NCBI GenBank assembly: GCA_017986605.1
Contig: JAGNVG010000001.1
Location: forward strand, 3,115 to 56,857
Source: Limnohabitans sp.
GTDB lineage: Bacteria > Pseudomonadota > Gammaproteobacteria > Burkholderiales > Burkholderiaceae_C
Reading direction: 5' to 3'
Length of the DNA stretch: 53,743 nt
The position numbers and the translations under genes were made by a program. A model generated the notes under the pieces. The model made no database searches. It saw only the letters and a list, made by a program, of their open reading frames with translations, and was not told the DNA's origin. Below are positions 27,413-36,369 of this stretch, one piece after another (the first letter of the stretch is position 1; every line of letters begins with the position of its first letter).

Positions 27413-28671
27413 AGTGGCAAAGCCATCCAGTGCCCTTGTGCTGACAAGGCAGGGCCTGCCAGTTGTTGCAACTCCGTGCGGTCCGAACCGACCTTGATTA
27501 CCTGGGCCAAGGCCAAGTGCTGTGTGGCACCGGGCTCCAACATCTGGCTTGGAATGTGAATGGGGTTCATGAGCAGAACGCGATCACCGGGGCGCAGACC
27601 GCTTTCAAGGCCAGCTTGCAGTTGCAACCCTTGCGTGGCGCTGCGGCGCACATGAAATTGCACAGGTTCACACTCGGAGCGTTTGTCCAGTTGTTGGACC
27701 CACGCTTGCATCTTGTGCTGCAGTTGTTCTTTGAGTCCTTGCACCCAAGCACTGGGGTTTTGGCTGACGGTCAACGGTTCGATCGCGATGACTTGTTCCA
27801 TTTGCCAGCGGGGCTCGATGGGGCCTGTGCTTGAATGCCGCTCGCCCAGCGTGAAGCTAATTGTCCAGCGCCAATCGGCTTCGCTCTGGTTCAGTTGATG
27901 CCAAGCCTTGCGCACATTGAAGCCTTCTTCCGGGGCATAGGGCTTGATGACCAGCTCTGCCGTCCAGCCTGTGGGGCTGTCGATCGGGCCTGTCAATGCC
28001 CGCATGTAACTGTTCTCAGGTGGGGTCGGCTTGATGTGTGTTCGCCACCGTTGCGACGCTTGCATCTTCTGCATCCAAGTCTGGCTGACCACACTCAACA
28101 AGGTCTGGCTGGCGAACTGTTGGGGTCCGGTGAAGGCACCGTCAACGCGTGTTTGGAGCGTCAAGGGCAAGCGCCATGGACGAGGCGGGGCCTTGCACTC
28201 GGTCGCTTTGGTTTGTGCCTCACGCCAGCCCCAGGGCAGCACCTCGGCACTGATTTGTGGCGCAGTGTCTTGTTCGTCTTGAAGATAGGACAAAACGCGG
28301 ACACCCCGGACCTGAGCTTCTGATTGGAAGTGTGCGCTTTCATGGAGTGCGCCCTTGTCATCAATCCATGCGCTGCTGAGCACACGTGTGGGCCGTTCTA
28401 TGGTGGCCTGCAAAATTGCCTGCCGAATCGCGCTCAACTGGGCTTCGTGTTGCTTGGTCGACTGGGTGCGACCCGCTTGTGCCGGTTTGCTCATGCCACC
28501 AGACACGGCCACATCAGCGCTGGGGTTTGAATGTTGAGCGCTTTGTGCCTGCACCATCAAGGTGGCAGCACACCCCACCACAATGGCCAGACATTGGCCC
28601 AGATGCCTGAATGCGACAGGCGCAGCGCGAGTCGGTGCAGTGGGCATGGAGGAAACGACAGAGGTGGACAT
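27409..28671 (-). CDS. flgT: FlgT-like H-ring protein
   Basis: Signal peptide; C-terminal CEP...LQAGLESGLRPGDRV resembles FlgT_C; downstream of the flgP-like gene. Confidence 0.55.
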   Translation of the reverse strand: MSTSVVSSMPTAPTRAAPVAFRHLGQCLAIVVGCAATLMVQAQSAQHSNPSADVAVSGGMSKPAQAGRTQSTKQHEAQLSAIRQAILQATIERPTRVLSSAWIDDKGALHESAHFQSEAQVRGVRVLSYLQDEQDTAPQISAEVLPWGWREAQTKATECKAPPRPWRLPLTLQTRVDGAFTGPQQFASQTLLSVVSQTWMQKMQASQRWRTHIKPTPPENSYMRALTGPIDSPTGWTAELVIKPYAPEEGFNVRKAWHQLNQSEADWRWTISFTLGERHSSTGPIEPRWQMEQVIAIEPLTVSQNPSAWVQGLKEQLQHKMQAWVQQLDKRSECEPVQFHVRRSATQGLQLQAGLESGLRPGDRVLLMNPIHIPSQMLEPGATQHLALAQVIKVGSDRTELQQLAGPALSAQGHWMALPL

Positions 28672-28675
28672 GGTG

Positions 28676-29164
28676 TCAGCGCCGACGTGCGGCCAATTGA
28701 CTCAGGTAAAGGCTTCGCAGGTCCCTGACCACCACTTGGTCGAGCGACAAGGTCGTTTCGTAAGTGTCATCACCCACGGGGGCAATACTGACCAAAACAG
28801 CACCGTAAATCACGCCCTCGACTTTGGCCCTGAATGTGTCACTCATGACCGTCATGTCGGCCACCGTGGTGGTGGCATCCAGTTGCTGACCATAAACCTG
28901 CTCAGTCAATGAGCGGTATGCATCCAATTTGGAGGCCCGAATGGCCAAAAGGCGCTGTTGTGCAGGATTTTTGTGGTTTTGCACGCTGACCACGGCGTAG
29001 CCCGTGGCCACCAAGGTTTCTCGCTTTTCGACCAAGGGCGTGATCATGGATGCGGGCGATGCCGTTGCTGCATTTGCAGAGGGGCCGCCCAGTGGGAGGC
29101 TCTCGCAGCCCGTCAAAGCCACCATGGTGAGCAACGCCAAAGCCAAGGATCGGTTGAATCTCAT
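28676..29164 (-). CDS. flgP: FlgP/LPP20-family lipoprotein
   Basis: LTGC lipobox; LLAIRASKLDAYRSLTEQVYG and VEGVIYGA; start ATG 29164 after GGAG. Confidence 0.85.
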   Translation of the reverse strand: MRFNRSLALALLTMVALTGCESLPLGGPSANAATASPASMITPLVEKRETLVATGYAVVSVQNHKNPAQQRLLAIRASKLDAYRSLTEQVYGQQLDATTTVADMTVMSDTFRAKVEGVIYGAVLVSIAPVGDDTYETTLSLDQVVVRDLRSLYLSQLAARRR

Positions 29165-29232
29165 CTTAAAACTCCAAAAGCAAGCATGGCCCGTCCCCCA
29201 GTGGTCGGCCGAGCTGATTTCTCTTGATGGAT

Positions 29233-29259
29233 GTATCGGCAGCTGAGCCGAAGTCTTGA
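29233..29259 (-). promoter_or_regulatory. sigma28-type promoter of the flgP-flgT operon
   Basis: TCAAG-N14-GCCGATAC. Confidence 0.75.
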
Positions 29260-29496
29260 GCGTGGTACTTGTCAAGCAAAAAACATGGCGGCCCGCCCGT
29301 GGTGTGTCGGAAAGTAGACATTGCCTTTAATTTTGACAGTTTTATCTCTAAAGTTGTCATATTTACTTGCCAAAAGTGATATTTCTGATTTATAAACTGC
29401 TTATTCGCAATTTAATCAACTTTTGATCTGGGCGTCTAGCTTGTGTGCCACGGGCCCCAGACGATCCGATTTACGACAACCATCAGGTCCTTGCAG

Positions 29497-30741
29497 ATGA
29501 AAACGAACGCCAAACCCCTCATCATCGGTGACAGTCAGGCCACACTGTTCCTGCGGGAGTTGATTAAGACCTTGTCGGCCTCTTCTTCAACGGCCCTCAT
29601 CACGGGCGAGAGTGGAACCGGCAAGGAATTGGTGGCCCAGGCGCTGCACATGCAAGGGCCACGAACCAGCGGGCCCTTTGTGCCCATCAACTGTGGCGCG
29701 ATTCCCCGTGATTTGATCGAAAGCGAACTGTTCGGGCACCGCAAGGGAAGTTTTACAGGGGCGGTGGCTGACCGATTGGGGCGCTTTGAGTTGGCGCATG
29801 GCGGGACGCTCTTCCTGGACGAGATTGGTGATTTGCCGATGGACATGCAAGTCAAGCTGCTGCGCGTTTTGCAAGAGCGTTGCATCTTGCCCGTGGGCGC
29901 TTCACGCGAGGTGCCTATCGATGTGCGCGTGGTCGCTGCTACCCACAAGAACCTCGAAGCCGAGGTGGCGGCTGGCCGCTTCCGGGAGGACTTGTATTAC
30001 CGGATCAATGTGCTGCCGGTCACCACAACACCCTTGCGTGAGCGTCCTCTGGATGTGGCCGCCTTGTTGAATTTTTATGCCGAAAAACACGCATTGCCTC
30101 AGGCCAAACCGCTGCGGTTTTCGCCTGAGATGCTCCAGATGCTGCAAGCCTATGCTTGGCCCGGCAATGTGCGCGAATTGTCCAATTTGGTGGATCGTTT
30201 TTCAACGCTGTACCCTTCGCAATCGCTGGACATCCAGACGGTGCCTGCTTGCATGCTGCCTGCGGGGCTGGCCTCCTTGCAGACCGAATGGCTTGCTCGC
30301 CTTGGATTAACTGCCCATGCACTGACCCTTCCACCTTCACTGAGCACTTCAGCGGCAGTCTCTGTGGTGGTGGACATGAGCAACGATGGGCCAAGCACTT
30401 CGCCGTTTTCCGGGGACGACGACCCCATGGCCCATTTGATGTCCAATTCTTTTGGCTCCTTCAGTCAGGCCACGAAAACGCCTGCGGCCGCCCCATTGGC
30501 CGCATCCAATGATGAGATCAACGATGTGGAGCAAGCGATTTTGTTGGCGCAAGGTATTCAGACTTTGCCGCCACAAGGCATGTCTTTGAAACAGCATCTG
30601 GTGGAGGTGGAGCGCAGTTTGATCGAGCAAGCATTGACGCGCACGCAGGGCAATGTCTCCCAGACCGCCAAATTGCTTCAACTCCAGCGCACCACACTCA
30701 TCGAAAAAATCAATAAATACGAATTGCGCAGTGCGGCCTGA
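29497..30741 (+). CDS. fleQ: sigma54-dependent flagellar activator (FleQ/FlrA-like) lacking an N-terminal regulatory domain
   Basis: GESGTGKE, ESELFGHRKGSFTGA, LFLDEIGD, WPGNVREL and HTH LQRTTLIEKINKY. Confidence 0.85.
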   Translation: MKTNAKPLIIGDSQATLFLRELIKTLSASSSTALITGESGTGKELVAQALHMQGPRTSGPFVPINCGAIPRDLIESELFGHRKGSFTGAVADRLGRFELAHGGTLFLDEIGDLPMDMQVKLLRVLQERCILPVGASREVPIDVRVVAATHKNLEAEVAAGRFREDLYYRINVLPVTTTPLRERPLDVAALLNFYAEKHALPQAKPLRFSPEMLQMLQAYAWPGNVRELSNLVDRFSTLYPSQSLDIQTVPACMLPAGLASLQTEWLARLGLTAHALTLPPSLSTSAAVSVVVDMSNDGPSTSPFSGDDDPMAHLMSNSFGSFSQATKTPAAAPLAASNDEINDVEQAILLAQGIQTLPPQGMSLKQHLVEVERSLIEQALTRTQGNVSQTAKLLQLQRTTLIEKINKYELRSAA

Positions 30742-30776
30742 TTGGGCTTTGTGTTGACCGCGTTTTCGGGGGATGC

Positions 30777-31274
30777 TCAGAATGGTGGTTTGATCACTTG
30801 AGCACAAGTGCCCTTGATCAGTTTGACCGTCCGGCCGTCATTCAAGCTCAGGGATTGCACAAAACTGCCTGTCTTGCGATCCACGACAAACTCTTCACCT
30901 GTGATCATCACGCCAAAGCGCTGGAACATGGCGGGGCGATTGACTTTCAGGCGCGTCCCCATCACGCTGAGCGTGCCTGCTCGACTCTCCGAGATCGCGA
31001 TCTTGCCCTGATACCAGCCGGAATTTTTCTCAAAATCGATTTGTGCCATCGTGATGCGGGACGGCTCATTCTCCTTAATCCCGAGCGCCAATTGACCATC
31101 CAAGTCCAATTCAAGTTCGCAAATCAAGTCGATCGCGCCTTTGTTGCCTCCTGGCATGCTGGCGGTTTCCAAATCGGGTGAGGACGGACTGTCGCCCATC
31201 ATGTGCACGAGGCCCCAGACCCCGCCCATCACCAACACACCGATGGCGATACCGATTGAAGTATTTTTGATCAT
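30777..31274 (-). CDS. Hypothetical single-pass membrane protein downstream of motB
   Basis: Start MIKNTSIG; N-terminal TM helix, beta-rich domain with two Cys. Confidence 0.7.
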   Translation of the reverse strand: MIKNTSIGIAIGVLVMGGVWGLVHMMGDSPSSPDLETASMPGGNKGAIDLICELELDLDGQLALGIKENEPSRITMAQIDFEKNSGWYQGKIAISESRAGTLSVMGTRLKVNRPAMFQRFGVMITGEEFVVDRKTGSFVQSLSLNDGRTVKLIKGTCAQVIKPPF

Positions 31275-31355
31275 GGTTGAACCTTTTACAGGACGTTGTG
31301 TGGCGTGATGGAGCTTGGGATCACCGCGCAAAGCACAAGTGTCGTTGCGCAAACA

Positions 31356-32372
31356 TCATTGGTTGAGCACCGTGATACTGACCCGACGGTTTCGAGGGTC
31401 GGCAGGGTTGCCCGGCACGTTGGGGTTGGTGTCTGCCACCCCTTCGATGCGGGAAAAACGGTTGGCACTGATGCCTTGGCTTTGCATGAATTGACGGGTG
31501 GCATCCGCACGCTCGGTCGACAAGGACCAGTTGTTGCGCATGCTTTCCGGCGGAAATCCTGTGCTGTCGGTGTGGCCGCGAATGGCCAATTTGTTGGGCA
31601 AAGGCTTGAGCGATTTGGTCACCTCGGACATCAAGGCGGCCGCCTTCGCGCCCATTTCTGCGCCACCCGAGCCGTACATCGCAAAGTCGGCCTTGTCGAT
31701 CACTTCAATGCGCAGGCCTTCCTTGTCGCGGGTGATGTTGACTTGGTCCTTGATTTTTTCAAACTGCTTGCTTTCCGACAATTTTTGCTTGATCTCTTTT
31801 TCAAGTTTGTCGAAATTTTCTTTGTCCTGTTTCTGGCCAGGTGTGCCGCTGCCGCCACCTTGGCCAGGTGAGCCAGAACCCGAGTCCTTGCCGGGATCTT
31901 GTTCGGAAGGACCGTCTTTGTTGTTCTCTTCCTTTGACGAGCCAAAGCTTTCTGCTGGGCCACCTTGTGCCTGGGGTGTCAAGCGCTCCAGCATGGCTGT
32001 TTGTTTGGCTGTAAACGGAAAACCGTCGGTATCGATGATGGATTTGCCCCCGAACAAACCGTTGGAGCCAGCCAATTCACCGAAAGCGATCTGGCTGTGG
32101 GAGGCGGGTCTGAAGTAGTCGGCCACACTTTTGCGTTTGTCTTCATTACTGGCGCCCAAGAGCCACATCAACAAGAAAAACGCCATCATGGCCGTCATCA
32201 TGTCGGCCAAAGCGATTTTCCAAGCTCCACCGTGAGCACCTGCGTGACCATCGTCGGCAATGATCTTCTTGACGACGATGATGGGCCGCAAGGCCTCTGC
32301 AGCAGCTGCTGCTGCTTCTGCGGCCGCAACCTCTTCTGGCGTTCCTGCTGCGGGTTTGTCGGCCTCTGCCAT
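31356..32372 (-). CDS. motB: Stator protein MotB
   Basis: WKIALADMMTAMMAFFLLMWL; OmpA domain GHTD...NRRV. Confidence 0.96.
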   Translation of the reverse strand: MAEADKPAAGTPEEVAAAEAAAAAAEALRPIIVVKKIIADDGHAGAHGGAWKIALADMMTAMMAFFLLMWLLGASNEDKRKSVADYFRPASHSQIAFGELAGSNGLFGGKSIIDTDGFPFTAKQTAMLERLTPQAQGGPAESFGSSKEENNKDGPSEQDPGKDSGSGSPGQGGGSGTPGQKQDKENFDKLEKEIKQKLSESKQFEKIKDQVNITRDKEGLRIEVIDKADFAMYGSGGAEMGAKAAALMSEVTKSLKPLPNKLAIRGHTDSTGFPPESMRNNWSLSTERADATRQFMQSQGISANRFSRIEGVADTNPNVPGNPADPRNRRVSITVLNQ

Positions 32373-33235
32373 CAGGAGCCTCGCATGCCGTCAAAGACCT
32401 CGGAGAAGCTGGGCTGACTGTGGTGCGCAATACAGGCTCTGGCCGATTCAATGATCAAAGGTTGTGGATGGCCTTTCAGGTTGCAGACGATCATTTCCCG
32501 AATCACGTCGAATGCCTGTGCATCCTCGTTGATGATTTGGGTCAGGCGACCTGAAAAGGGTTCAAACATACCGTAAGCCAAGAACACCCCCATCAAGGTG
32601 CCGACCAGCGCAGAACCAATCAGGGCACCCAGGACCGGGGGGGGTTGGTCAATCGCGCCCATGGTCTTCACCACACCGAGCACGCAGGCCACAATACCCA
32701 GCGCGGGCAAACCGCCCGCAATACCTGCCAAGGCAGCCGGGGCCAGCAGAGCTTCATGGTGGTGGACTTTGATGGCTTTTTTCATCAGGTCATCAAGGGC
32801 ATCGGCATCCAAGTTGCCTTGAGAAATCACCATCAGGCGCAAAGGATCACAAATCATTTGGACGATCGAGTGGTCTTTGGCCAATTTGGGAAACTCACCA
32901 AAAATCGGGCTGGAGTCAGGATTTTCCACGTGGGATTCCAGGGCCACCACACCTTCTTTTTTCATCACGCTTTGAAGTTTGCCAATCAGCAGCATCAAGG
33001 CCAGGTAGTCTTCCTGATGCCATTTAGGGCCTTTGATGCATTGCCCAATACCTGCCATGGCCGCCTTGAAAATGGGGAAACTGTTGGCGACCAAAGAGGC
33101 CCCAATCGCCGAGCCACCAATGATGATGAATTCAAAAGGCGCGGCTTTGATGATGGGCGCCATTTTTCCGCCGGCGATGATGTAACCACCAAACACCGCT
33201 CCGAACACAACCGCTAAACCGACAAAGAAAAACAT
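32372..33235 (-). CDS. motA: Stator protein MotA
   Basis: EGVVALESHVE, LPALGIVACVLG and GSALVGTLMGVFLAYG motifs. Confidence 0.96.
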   Translation of the reverse strand: MFFFVGLAVVFGAVFGGYIIAGGKMAPIIKAAPFEFIIIGGSAIGASLVANSFPIFKAAMAGIGQCIKGPKWHQEDYLALMLLIGKLQSVMKKEGVVALESHVENPDSSPIFGEFPKLAKDHSIVQMICDPLRLMVISQGNLDADALDDLMKKAIKVHHHEALLAPAALAGIAGGLPALGIVACVLGVVKTMGAIDQPPPVLGALIGSALVGTLMGVFLAYGMFEPFSGRLTQIINEDAQAFDVIREMIVCNLKGHPQPLIIESARACIAHHSQPSFSEVFDGMRGS

Positions 33236-33250
33236 GGTGACCCTTTAAAT

Positions 33251-33433
33251 CTAGACAATGCACCAGATACCGATGCACCAACCCAGTGTCCATTGAAAAA
33301 CGAAGTCCATCAAATTGCCCACCACGAGGATGGGTAAACCCAGATACACGGCACCCCATGCCCAACCAGAAGCCGTCAAGCGGGCTTTGGGGATGTCATG
33401 GCCCAGGATGGTCAGATCTTTGGGTGATGGCAT
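33251..33433 (-). CDS. 60-aa membrane microprotein, first gene of the motAB operon
   Basis: Hydrophobic, Trp-rich; lies between a sigma28 box and motA, 15 bp from motA. Confidence 0.7.
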   Translation of the reverse strand: MPSPKDLTILGHDIPKARLTASGWAWGAVYLGLPILVVGNLMDFVFQWTLGWCIGIWCIV

Positions 33434-33461
33434 GATCCGTATTTTCCAATAACACCTGTAT

Positions 33462-33488
33462 TCATCGGTATCAAATCGCGTATCTTGA
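33462..33488 (-). promoter_or_regulatory. sigma28 promoter of the orf60-motAB operon
   Basis: TCAAG-N14-ACCGATGA. Confidence 0.7.
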
Positions 33489-33521
33489 GGTGAATTTCAA
33501 AATTTTGTCTATTATGACGAT

Positions 33522-34448
33522 ATGAATCTGAGATGGGAGCATTTGCCGCAGGCCGAGTGGGAAGAATTTCACGCGAGGCAGCACGGCGCCTTGCAACAAG
33601 CCTGGGCCTACGGCGAGGCCTTAACGTCCCTGGATGTGACCATGCTGAGGGCCATGGTTTGGGTTGATGGCACCTTGGTGGCCATTGCCCAGTTCATGTG
33701 CAGGCGCATGCTCGGCTACATCTCGTTGGCTTCGTGTTCGAGAGGGCCTGTTTTTCATCCGGATCTCAGTCCAGTTCAACGGGCTGAAATTTACAAACGC
33801 TTGCGACAATCCATCCCTTTGTCGCGCTTGAAGGTGTTGTTGTTTTCGCCTGATCGGCCCTCTGAAGAGGTGGATGGTGCCGAAACCCGTGGTATGTCCC
33901 GTGTGATGACGGGCTATTCCACCGTTTTGCTCGATTTGACAGCACCACTGCCAAGCTTGAAGGCCGGTTTAGAGGGCAAATGGCGCAACCGCTTGAGTAA
34001 GGCTTTGTCCAATGACAAGCTTCGTGTCCATGTGCAGCCCAGTCTCAAGCGTTGTGAGTGGCTGCTCGGCAAAGAGTTGGATCAACGAGAGGCCAAAAAA
34101 TTCCATGGTTTGCCCACCACGTTTGTGCAAGCCTACATCGCCGCTGCCGCGGATCACCGTCAGGCCTTTGTGGTGGCGTATGCTGAACTGGGCAAGAACT
34201 CCGTGGGCGGTATGCTTTTCCTGATCCATGGCCGAGTCGCCAGTTACCATATGGGCTGGGCCGATGAAGCAGGGCGAGAGCTCAACGCCCATAATTTGCT
34301 GTTGTGGGAGTCCTTGGCTTATTTGCAGGGGCTGGGTATTGAGGTCCTCGATCTGGGCGGCGTCAATACCCATGATTTACCCGGTATTTCGCGCTTCAAA
34401 TTGGGTACAGGCGGTCGGGCTGTCACCCTCGCGGGGACTTATTTTTGA
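33522..34448 (+). CDS. FemAB-like/GNAT acyltransferase
   Basis: LQQAWAYG, LEGKWRNRL, AHNLLLWE, LDLGG and FKLGTGG motifs. Confidence 0.85.
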   Translation: MNLRWEHLPQAEWEEFHARQHGALQQAWAYGEALTSLDVTMLRAMVWVDGTLVAIAQFMCRRMLGYISLASCSRGPVFHPDLSPVQRAEIYKRLRQSIPLSRLKVLLFSPDRPSEEVDGAETRGMSRVMTGYSTVLLDLTAPLPSLKAGLEGKWRNRLSKALSNDKLRVHVQPSLKRCEWLLGKELDQREAKKFHGLPTTFVQAYIAAAADHRQAFVVAYAELGKNSVGGMLFLIHGRVASYHMGWADEAGRELNAHNLLLWESLAYLQGLGIEVLDLGGVNTHDLPGISRFKLGTGGRAVTLAGTYF

Positions 34449-34456
34449 GAACAAAC

Positions 34457-34867
34457 ATGACTTTGCCTGGGTTTTCAATGCGTGCTTTCGTTTTGTGTGG
34501 CCTGTACAGCCTCGCCTTGCTCGGTGGCTTGACCCCTGTGTCCGCCTTCGCATGGACCCGCATTGGTGAAACAGCGGAGGTCACGCTGTATGTCAACCGC
34601 AACTCCATCGAAAAAGACGATACCGTTCGTCGGGTTTGGGAGATGCAGGACTTGAAAACTCCGGACGCTGAAGGCGTTCGCTCCAGACGCTACCTCAACG
34701 AATACGACTGCAATTACAAGATGCACCGCATCGGGCAAATGACCAGTTTTGCAGGCCCCAAAATGACGGGCCAAAAAATAAGCACGGTCGACGATATGGG
34801 CTACTGGCGAAAAATTCCGCCGAATGGCGTTTTTGTGCTGACCTACATTGCGGTGTGCATCGAGTGA
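34457..34867 (+). CDS. Secreted surface-adhesin E-like protein
   Basis: Signal peptide; WT....YV..SI...RVW...EYDC pattern. Confidence 0.65.
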   Translation: MTLPGFSMRAFVLCGLYSLALLGGLTPVSAFAWTRIGETAEVTLYVNRNSIEKDDTVRRVWEMQDLKTPDAEGVRSRRYLNEYDCNYKMHRIGQMTSFAGPKMTGQKISTVDDMGYWRKIPPNGVFVLTYIAVCIE

Positions 34868-34904
34868 GCAGGCAGCCCACCCGATGCTAAAAAGGTTTGA
34901 ATGA

Positions 34905-35897
34905 TCAGGGTTTCGCGCTTGCGGGCGCGTTGCTACCGGGTGTTGTGCTCACCGCTGGGGCTTCGCCTGGCTTAGGTGCAGCATACCGAGGAAACTGCAC
35001 AGCCCGCTCGCGTGAAGCGTTGCTGTTGTTCTTCTGCACGGTCTCCAAATAGCGCTCTTTTTGCAGCGTCACCAAGGCCTCCACATCGCGTTTCAAACTG
35101 TCGACATTACCGACGGCGGATTTGAGTGACTTCACCTCATTGCCCAAGGATTGAACTGCGTTGGCTTGGCTTTGAAGCTTCGAATTGATGCCCTGCACCT
35201 GCCGCATCACCGAGTCGCTGCTGGCGGCCACTTGCTTGGCTGTTTCGCTGGGAACTTTTTGAACCAGACTTTCAGACTGCTTGAGCGAAGCGTCAATCCG
35301 TCCTTCGATCTGGCCTTGCGATTTGGTCAAGGCCTCTTGTTGTGAGGCCAGCTCTTTCACGCTTTTGTTGACGCCTTCCAAGGACTCCATGCCTGAGTTG
35401 AGTTCAACCACACGCTTGCCTACCGCCAGCAGCATGGCGTCAAGTTGATTGATTCGACTGACCAAGCGAACGCCCATGATCAGAAAGAAAATCAGGCTGA
35501 CGATCAACACACCGCTGATGATGGCCAGCAAGAGACGGGCTTTTTTGTGGCCCGCGTCTGTGAGTTCTTTGAAGTCGGCCGTTGTTTGCCGCAACTGGCT
35601 GCTGACGTTGGCGGCCGCCTCGGCCGATTGGGTGGCCAAGTCGGCTGAATCCAATACCACTTGGGCCAAGGATTGGTATTGCTGATAGGCGCGTTGGTCT
35701 ACGGTAATTCCCGCATGTTGTGGCGGTTTGGGCAGGGTCGGCGCCACAACAGGTGCAGCTGGCGCCTCAACATGTGCAACGGCTGTCTCTGGTGCAGCAG
35801 TGGGTGCTGCACTGGCTTCGGCCGATACGGTGTCGCTGTGTGTGGCTGGTGGCGTCTCTTGCGGTTCTGTCGCGGGCGTGAAGGTTTTTTCGCTCAT
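34905..35897 (-). CDS. Hypothetical bitopic membrane protein with a long coiled coil and Pro-rich ends
   Basis: TM LLLAIISGVLIVSLIFFLIMGV followed by heptad repeats; overlaps the upstream ORF by 4 nt. Confidence 0.8.
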   Translation of the reverse strand: MSEKTFTPATEPQETPPATHSDTVSAEASAAPTAAPETAVAHVEAPAAPVVAPTLPKPPQHAGITVDQRAYQQYQSLAQVVLDSADLATQSAEAAANVSSQLRQTTADFKELTDAGHKKARLLLAIISGVLIVSLIFFLIMGVRLVSRINQLDAMLLAVGKRVVELNSGMESLEGVNKSVKELASQQEALTKSQGQIEGRIDASLKQSESLVQKVPSETAKQVAASSDSVMRQVQGINSKLQSQANAVQSLGNEVKSLKSAVGNVDSLKRDVEALVTLQKERYLETVQKNNSNASRERAVQFPRYAAPKPGEAPAVSTTPGSNAPASAKP

Positions 35898-36352
35898 GGT
35901 TTCTTTCCTCGGGCTTGGAATGGGGTTTTCAGTTTTCGGATTTGCTCATCCAAAAGTGAATTGCGTGTTCTCAGTTGAGCCAACCGGTTTTTTACCGGAC
36001 TGTTTTGCTCCCACAAGTCAGCTTCATCCAACACAGGGGGCACAGGCGCGAGCGGTGTTGGAGGAAGCTCCGGAAGTGGTTTGACTGCTTCATTGCTTGG
36101 GGCAGCTTGTGTGGTCTTCAGTCGTACTTTGGCGCGAGGCTTGGCAGGAGCACGTTTGGCGGGTTTGACCGGTGCCACTTGGGTTTCAGCGGGAGGCGGC
36201 ACGCTGACTTTGGTTGCGGGTTTCGGTTTGGGTTTTTCTGCGGGTTCTTTAGGTGCAGCCACTTTGCGGGACTTGTGTTCAGCCACATTGGAGCCTGCCT
36301 GCATCTTGACGGCGTGCGGTGAGTCGTTGCGCAGGACGGTGTTCTTTGTCAT
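35894..36352 (-). CDS. Hypothetical Pro/Lys-rich protein with a C-terminal coiled coil
   Basis: GAGG RBS, operon position, LAQLRTRNSLLDEQIRKL. Confidence 0.7.
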   Translation of the reverse strand: MTKNTVLRNDSPHAVKMQAGSNVAEHKSRKVAAPKEPAEKPKPKPATKVSVPPPAETQVAPVKPAKRAPAKPRAKVRLKTTQAAPSNEAVKPLPELPPTPLAPVPPVLDEADLWEQNSPVKNRLAQLRTRNSLLDEQIRKLKTPFQARGKKP

Positions 36353-36369
36353 AGGTGTGATTTCCTCGT

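Noticed and set aside
29165-29275. N-terminal extensions in the ORF track (flgP; also flgB, fliK, fleQ, OGT, GST)
   Set aside because: They overlap promoter or leader regions; downstream ATGs fit the RBS or family N-termini better.
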